From an uncultured Chloroflexia bacterium (GTDB lineage: Bacteria; Chloroflexota; Limnocylindria; Limnocylindrales; CSP1-4): 62,694 bases of DNA. Location of the stretch: NCBI GenBank assembly GCA_963752475.1, contig CAVVYR010000036.1, forward strand, positions 1-62,694, read 5' to 3'. The notes under the pieces are model-generated. The model was not told where the DNA came from and made no database searches. It was given only the letters and a program-made list of their open reading frames with translations. The translations under genes and the position numbers were made by a program. Positions 56,656 through 62,694 of this stretch are shown one piece after another. Numbering within the stretch: the first letter of the stretch is position 1; each line of letters opens with the position of its first letter.

Positions 56656-57699
56656 TCAGCTTGGACGCGTGCCAGCCGCAGCCCCGATGTCCATGTCTGC
56701 CAGCGGCTTCGCCGATGGTCCGTAGGGTGCGTACATGTCGATCGGCGCTTCGTTGGCATAGCGCACGACGTATCGCCCGAGATCGCGGTCCTCGCCGATG
56801 TAGCCGAGGTACTGACGGGCTTCGCCGACCGCATGCCCAAGGGTCAGAGCGAGGTGGAGTCCGGTCAAGCGGCGCCCCATGAAGGGTTCGGGGTCGATGG
56901 CCAGCTCCTGCAGTTCCTCGGCCACCTGGTGGTCACCCAGCTCCAGGCGGCCCGCGGCCGAACCGCGACGCCGGCAGCTGATGCCGCTCATGGGCACCTC
57001 CAGTGCCAGCAGCTCGCCCTCGAGGACTGAGTAGAGCACGACCGGCTCATTCAGGACCGAGGGTCGACCCGCCGGGTGCAGCGTGTGCGTGAGGATGTCG
57101 TGCCCGCCCTCCGAGAGGGTGCAGCGCTGCGTCTCGATCGAGTCCTCGAAGGTCATGTCGGCCACGAACTTGGGATAGCCCCACACCAGCCGGCCGCCAT
57201 CCCGTGCAGGCAGGTGCGTCACCGGCATGTGCAGCACGAACGCGCCCACGGTCGCTCGCGTGAGCCGCGGCGCGACGAGCGGCAGCAGCGGTCGCGCTGG
57301 ACGCGTCGTGACCAGCGCCGCGATGACGACCTCGCCATAGGGCATCAGCGCCTTGCCATGGACACCGTGCGCGGTGATCTCATCGTGGCGGTAGGACATG
57401 ATTGCGATGACCGCCCGGTCACGGGTGGCACGCAGCGGGTGCAGCTCGGCGCTGGGCAGCGTCGCCCGCACCGCCTCGAACGAGGCTGTGTGGAGCGTCT
57501 GGCAGCCCTCGCTGCGGTGGTAGACGACCGGGATGCCGGCGTAGGCGGTACCCCATTGCACGGCGGGCGCACGTGGCCCCGTGTGCTGGTAGAACCGGGA
57601 GGCACCACGCTGCTGTCTCCGGCGCGAGATGGCCCTGGTGGCTGCCGTGGCTGCTCCCGCGAGGGCGAGCCCTCCGGCGAGGGCCTTTCGACCGTTCAT
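56656..57699 (-). CDS. Acetoacetate decarboxylase family protein
   Basis: PYGEVVIA, FVLHMPV...RDGGRLVWGYPKFVAD; GGAGGAG SD. Confidence 0.78.
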   Translation of the reverse strand: MNGRKALAGGLALAGAATAATRAISRRRQQRGASRFYQHTGPRAPAVQWGTAYAGIPVVYHRSEGCQTLHTASFEAVRATLPSAELHPLRATRDRAVIAIMSYRHDEITAHGVHGKALMPYGEVVIAALVTTRPARPLLPLVAPRLTRATVGAFVLHMPVTHLPARDGGRLVWGYPKFVADMTFEDSIETQRCTLSEGGHDILTHTLHPAGRPSVLNEPVVLYSVLEGELLALEVPMSGISCRRRGSAAGRLELGDHQVAEELQELAIDPEPFMGRRLTGLHLALTLGHAVGEARQYLGYIGEDRDLGRYVVRYANEAPIDMYAPYGPSAKPLADMDIGAAAGTRPS

Positions 57700-57900
57700 C
57701 GCTCTCCTCCTGGGGCTCGTCGCCCCTGGCCGGGTGTCCGATGCCGGTGGGCCGGCAACCATGACGGTCCCCTTGCGGCCATCGACCAGCACAAGAGAGT
57801 GGCGGCCGCACCGCACCTACGATTCTAGGCTCGAGAGGAAGCGCGACCACGGACGGGCCCTTCCCAGCGTGCCGAGCCGGATGCGGCTACGTTGGTGGGG

Positions 57901-60162
57901 ATGAACAACGAGCGGGTCGTCCGCCAGCACCTGCGCGTCACCGGCGTGGTCCAGGGCGTCGGCTTCCGGCCGACGGTATACCAGCACGCCACCGCGCTCG
58001 GACTCGTGGGCCTCGTGGGCAACGACAGCGCGGGGGTCTTCATCGAGCTCGAGGGTCCGGCCGGGGATGTCGACGCTTTCGTGGAGAAGCTCCGGACCGA
58101 GCCGCCGCCGCTGGCGCACATCGACGACATCGAGCGTCGGGGCATCGAGGTCCGCGGCGAGACCGAGTTCGTCATCGTCGAGAGCCGCCACGAGGAGGGG
58201 GCGACCACGCTGGTCTCGCCCGATCTCGAGGTCTGCGCCGACTGCCTCGCCGAGATGCGTGACCCGGTCGATCGGCGATACCGGTACCCCTTCGTCAACT
58301 GCACCAACTGCGGGCCGCGCTTCACCATCACGAAGGCCACGCCATACGACCGGCCGCTCACGACGATGGCCTCGTTCCCCATGTGCCAGCGCTGCCAGGC
58401 CGAGTACGACGACCCGACCGACCGCCGCTTCCACGCCCAACCCAACGCCTGTCCCGATTGCGGTCCGCGAATCTGGCTCGAACGCGACCGTGAGCTTCCG
58501 GCCCAGGACGTCATCGCGGCCGCTCGCGAGCGGGTCGCTCAGGGTCAGGTCATCGCGGTCAAGGGCATCGGCGGCTTCCACCTCGCCTGTGACGCCCGCA
58601 ACGCCGACGCCGTGGCCACGCTGCGCGAGCGCAAGCGGCGGACAGCCAAGCCCTTCGCGGTCATGGCCGCCGACTTGGCCACGGTCGAGTCGTTCGCCCA
58701 CCTGACCGAGGCCGAGCGCGAGATCCTGGCCTCGCCCCAGCGCCCGATCGTGCTGGTGCGTGAGTCGGCCGGGAGCGACCTGGATCCCGCCATCTCACCC
58801 GGCAACGACCGGGTCGGGGTGATGCTGCCGTACACGCCGCTCCACCACCTGCTGCTCGAACCGGGTGACGTCTGGGTCATGACCTCGGGGAACTTCGCCA
58901 ATGAGCCCATCGTCAAGGACAACGAGGAAGCGCGCGCGAAGCTGCTCGAGCTGGCCGACGCCCTGCTGCTCCACGATCGTGACATCCATGTCCACTGCGA
59001 CGACTCGGTGGTGCGGGTGCACGAGGAGCGTGAGCTGCCCGTGCGGCGCAGCCGTGGCTATGCCCCCTTCCCGGTCCGGCTGCCCATCGAGGTCGCACCG
59101 ACGCTGGCGGTCGGCGGTGAGCTCAAGGCCACGTTCTGCCTCGCCGCCGGCACCGACGCCTTCATGAGCCAGCACATCGGCGACATGGAGAACCTCGAGA
59201 CGCTGCAGGCCTTTACCGCCGCGGTGGAGCACATGCAAGACCTCTTCCGCATCGAGCCCGAACGCGTGATCGCCGATCTGCACCCGCGCTACCTCTCCAC
59301 GAAGTGGGCTCAGGAGGCCTATCCCGACGACACCGTCCTGGTGCAGCACCACCACGCCCATATCGGCTCGGTCATGGCCGAGAACGGTCACACCGATCCG
59401 GTGGTCGGCTTCAGCTTCGACGGCACCGGCTACGGCACAGACGGCACCATCTGGGGCGGCGAGGTGCTCGTGGGCGACCTCGATGGCTTCGAGCGTGCCG
59501 GTCACCTGGCCTCGGCGCGGCTTGTCGGTGGCGACGCCGCCGTGAAACGGCCCTACCGCATGGCGCTCTCGCAGCTGTGGGCCGCCGGCCTCGATTGGAC
59601 CGACGACCTCCCGCCCGTCGTATGGGCCGGCCCAGAGGAGCGGCGTGTCGTGCGGCATCAGCTCGAGACGGGGCTCAACTCGGTCGAGACCACCAGCATG
59701 GGCCGTCTTTTCGACGCCGTCTCCTCGCTGGCCGGCGTCTGCCACGAGGTTTCGTACGAGGGCCAGGCAGCCATCGAGCTGGAGGCCCTCGGTTCACCAG
59801 ACGCGGAAGGCAGCTATGCCTTCGAGCTCATCGAGGGCGACGGACCGGTCGTCCTCGACCCTGCCCCGGTGGTGGCCGCTGTGGCTGCCGACGTCAGGGC
59901 CGGCGTGCCGGCATCGGTCATCAGCACCCGGTTCCACCGTGCGCTCGCGGCAGCAGTCGTCTCGACGGCTGATGTGATGCGCCGGCGCTACCATGTCGAA
60001 ACCGCCGCATTGAGCGGCGGGGTATTCCAGAACGTAACCCTGCTGGAGACAGCAGCCGTAGGGCTTCGGACGGCCGGTTTCGCCGTCCTCACCCACCGGC
60101 TGGTGCCCCCCAACGATGGCGGCCTCGCCCTCGGACAGATCGCTCTGGCAGGACGGAGGTAA
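57901..60162 (+). CDS. hypF: [NiFe]-hydrogenase maturation carbamoyltransferase HypF
   Basis: GVVQGVGFRP, CTNCGPRF, RRFHAQPNACPDCGP, KGIGGFHL, QHHHAH, PPNDGGLALGQ. Confidence 0.95.
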   Translation: MNNERVVRQHLRVTGVVQGVGFRPTVYQHATALGLVGLVGNDSAGVFIELEGPAGDVDAFVEKLRTEPPPLAHIDDIERRGIEVRGETEFVIVESRHEEGATTLVSPDLEVCADCLAEMRDPVDRRYRYPFVNCTNCGPRFTITKATPYDRPLTTMASFPMCQRCQAEYDDPTDRRFHAQPNACPDCGPRIWLERDRELPAQDVIAAARERVAQGQVIAVKGIGGFHLACDARNADAVATLRERKRRTAKPFAVMAADLATVESFAHLTEAEREILASPQRPIVLVRESAGSDLDPAISPGNDRVGVMLPYTPLHHLLLEPGDVWVMTSGNFANEPIVKDNEEARAKLLELADALLLHDRDIHVHCDDSVVRVHEERELPVRRSRGYAPFPVRLPIEVAPTLAVGGELKATFCLAAGTDAFMSQHIGDMENLETLQAFTAAVEHMQDLFRIEPERVIADLHPRYLSTKWAQEAYPDDTVLVQHHHAHIGSVMAENGHTDPVVGFSFDGTGYGTDGTIWGGEVLVGDLDGFERAGHLASARLVGGDAAVKRPYRMALSQLWAAGLDWTDDLPPVVWAGPEERRVVRHQLETGLNSVETTSMGRLFDAVSSLAGVCHEVSYEGQAAIELEALGSPDAEGSYAFELIEGDGPVVLDPAPVVAAVAADVRAGVPASVISTRFHRALAAAVVSTADVMRRRYHVETAALSGGVFQNVTLLETAAVGLRTAGFAVLTHRLVPPNDGGLALGQIALAGRR

Positions 60163-60168
60163 GAAACC

Positions 60169-60463
60169 ATGTGTCTCGGTATCCCAGGCAAGGTCCTTGA
60201 GACTTACGAGCAAGACGGCACCAAGATGGGCCGCGTCGACTTCGACGGTATCGTCAAGGAGGTCTGTCTCTCGTTCGTGCCGGAGACCGAGCTCGATGAC
60301 TACGTCATCGTCCATGTCGGCTTCGCCATCACGCGAGTGGACGAGGAGTCCGCACACGAGACGCTCGACCTGATGAAGGAGATGGGGGTCCTCCAGGGTG
60401 AGCTTGGATGCAGAGGTAGCCCTCAAGGAGGAGGCTGCCATCGCCAACGGCGAGACCCCGTGA
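60169..60463 (+). CDS. hypC: Hydrogenase maturation chaperone HypC (+1 frameshift near 60406)
   Basis: [17 protein letters not shown]; removing one base gives ...[19 protein letters not shown] with a GTGA overlap to hypD. Confidence 0.88.
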
Positions 60464-61570
60464 GGTACCTCGACGAGTACCGCGACCCGGAGCTGGCCAA
60501 GAAGCTCTTCGATGAGATCGACAGCATCACCACCCAGCACTGGGTGATGATGGAGGTCTGCGGCGGACAGACCCACTCGATCATCCGCAACGGCATCGAC
60601 AAACTGCTCAACGAGAACATCGAGCTGGTGCACGGACCCGGCTGTCCGGTGTGCGTCACGCCGCTCGACACCATCGACAAGGCACTGGCCATCGCGGCCC
60701 GCGACGACGTCATCTTCACCTCGTTCGGCGACATGCTGCGTGTGCCCGGCAGCGAGACGGACCTCTTCGGCGTCAAGTCCAGGGGCGGTGATGTGCGCAT
60801 CGTCTACTCGCCCCTCGACGCGGTCAAGATCGCCAAGCGAGAACCCCGACAAGGAGGTCGTCTTCTTCGGCATCGGTTTCGAGACGACGGCCCCGGCCAA
60901 CGCCATGTCGGTCTACCAGGCCAAGCAGCTGGGCCTGACGAACTTCTCCATGCTCGTGTCGCACGTGCTCGTGCCGCCGGCGATCCAGGCCGTGCTGAAC
61001 AGCCCCGTGAACCGGGTGCAGGCGTTCCTTGCCGCCGGTCACGTGTGCTCGGTCATGGGCTACGGCGAGTACTTCCCCATCGCGGAGCAGTACAACGTGC
61101 CCATCGTCGTCACCGGCTTCGAACCGCTGGACGTGCTCGAGGGCATCCGCAAGACCGTGGCCCAGCTCGAAGCGGGCCGGGGCGAGGTCGAGAACGCCTA
61201 CACCCGCGCGGTCAACGAGAAGGGGAACCTGCCGGCCCAGAAGCTCTGTCAGGACGTCTTCGCGGTGACCGATCGCAACTGGCGCGGCATCGGCATGATC
61301 CCGCAGTCCGGCTGGGAGCTCTCCGAGCGCTACGCCGACTACGACGCGGCCATCCGTTTCGAGGTCGAGGACATCGACACCAAGGAACCGGAGGTCTGCC
61401 GCTCCGGCGAGGTCCTGCAGGGCCTGGTCAAGCCCAACGAGTGCCCGGCTTTCGGGAAGGAGTGCACGCCGCGCAAGCCGCTAGGGGCCACGATGGTCTC
61501 GAGCGAGGGCGCCTGCGCCGCCTACTACCAGTACGGGCGCTTCATCGAGCTCGAGGGGGTCAAGTCCTGA
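60460..61570 (+). CDS. hypD: Hydrogenase maturation protein HypD (+1 frameshift near 60838)
   Basis: [18 protein letters not shown], then in the next frame [27 protein letters not shown]. Confidence 0.9.
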
Positions 61571-62634
61571 TGGACATGGACAAGGAAGTCTCCATCGACA
61601 GCTGGTCCTGCCCGCTGCCGCTGCGCGACCAGCCCAACATCGTCCTGGGCCACGGTGGAGGCGGGCAGCTCTCGTCAGAGCTCATCGAGCACGTCTTCCT
61701 GCCGGCCTTCGGCAACGAGCACCTCGACGGCCTCGGTGACTCCTCGGTCCTCGAGCTGCCCCCGGGTCGCGTGGCCATGTCCACCGACAGCTTCGTCGTC
61801 CGCCCACGCCTGTTCCCAGGTGGCAACATCGGCGAGCTGGCCATCAACGGCACGGTCAACGACGTGGCCATGTCCGGCGCGGTGCCGCTGTACATCAGCG
61901 TGGCCATGATCCTCGAGGAGGGCCTGCCCATCTCGGAGCTGGCGTGGCTGGCCGATGCCATGGCGCGTGCGGCCAAGACCGCGGGCGTCCAGATCGTCAC
62001 CGGCGATACCAAGGTCGTGGATCGAGGTCACGGCGACGGCGTCTACATCAACACCACCGGTATCGGAGTGGTGCCCGACGGCGTGGACATCCACCCGCGC
62101 AACATCCGGCCGGGCGACGCGGTGCTGGTCAACGGCACCATCGGCGACCACGGCATGGCCATCATGAGCGTGCGCGAGGGGCTCGAGTTCGAGTCCACCA
62201 TCAAGTCCGATACCGCGGCCCTGAACGGCCTCATCGCCGAGCTGCTCGAGGCCGACCTCGACGTGCGCGCCCTGCGCGACCCCACGCGCGGTGGGCTGGC
62301 CGCGACGCTCAACGAGTTCGCCGTCGCCGCCCAGGTCGGCATCCGGGTCGACGAGGCGAAGCTGCCCGTCGAGCGGGCCGTGGCCTCGGCCTGCGAGATG
62401 CTGGGCATGGACCCGTTCTACGTTGCCAACGAGGGCAAGGTCGTGGTGGTCGTGCCGGCAGATCAGGCCGATCGGGCGATCGACGTCATGCGCGCCAACG
62501 AGCTTGGCGTGAACGCCGCACGCGTGGCCGAGGTGGTGGACGCCCATCCCGGCATGGTCGTGGCCAAGACCGGTCTCGGCGCCACGCGCGTCGTCGACAC
62601 GCAGGTCGGAGAGCAGCTCCCGCGCATCTGCTGA
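61570..62634 (+). CDS. hypE: Hydrogenase maturation protein HypE
   Basis: GHGGGG, TDSFVV, GTVND, TGDTKVV, RDPTRGG, ANEG, C-terminal PRIC. Confidence 0.95.
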   Translation: MDMDKEVSIDSWSCPLPLRDQPNIVLGHGGGGQLSSELIEHVFLPAFGNEHLDGLGDSSVLELPPGRVAMSTDSFVVRPRLFPGGNIGELAINGTVNDVAMSGAVPLYISVAMILEEGLPISELAWLADAMARAAKTAGVQIVTGDTKVVDRGHGDGVYINTTGIGVVPDGVDIHPRNIRPGDAVLVNGTIGDHGMAIMSVREGLEFESTIKSDTAALNGLIAELLEADLDVRALRDPTRGGLAATLNEFAVAAQVGIRVDEAKLPVERAVASACEMLGMDPFYVANEGKVVVVVPADQADRAIDVMRANELGVNAARVAEVVDAHPGMVVAKTGLGATRVVDTQVGEQLPRIC

Positions 62635-62694
62635 GGCGTAGTGGGAGCCGGCGAGCAGTGGCCCACGCAGGTCAGGTAGGGGGAGTGGAGCGGC

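Noticed and set aside
60169-62634. 821-aa ORF that looks like a HypC-HypD-HypE fusion
   Set aside because: It arises from two +1 frameshifts. The middle is out-of-frame sequence while the true HypD C-terminus is in 60740..61570, and normal GTGA/TGATG overlaps are present.

Overview
GC-rich (roughly 69% by eye) bacterial chromosomal window. Gene style (ECF/anti-sigma pairs, split FeoB, hyp genes, many apparently leaderless starts) suggests Chloroflexota, possibly Limnocylindria; this is an inference. It holds two sugar uptake/catabolism clusters (ROK- and LacI-regulated, each with a candidate operator), two PIN-type toxin-antitoxin pairs, a LuxR-ATPase regulator, an OmpR/BaeS-like two-component system, feoABC, cydABDC, fetAB-like genes, hypFCDE and several oxidoreductases. 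I saw no tRNA, rRNA, CRISPR array, transposase or integrase. Several single-base frameshifts (yceI-like, feoB, cydA, hypC, hypD) look like sequencing indels. Two features stand out. (1) An XRE-HTH plus putative PD-(D/E)xK nuclease gene is bracketed almost symmetrically by two 145-bp homologous elements with terminal inverted repeats, a REPIN-like arrangement without a RAYT transposase. (2) Four paralogous ECF sigma/anti-sigma modules each appear to pair the anti-sigma's extracellular domain with an exported copy of the same domain. The copy comes from a neighbouring gene in two loci (one a near-exact 732-bp duplication) and from an apparent internal SD+ATG start in the other two.
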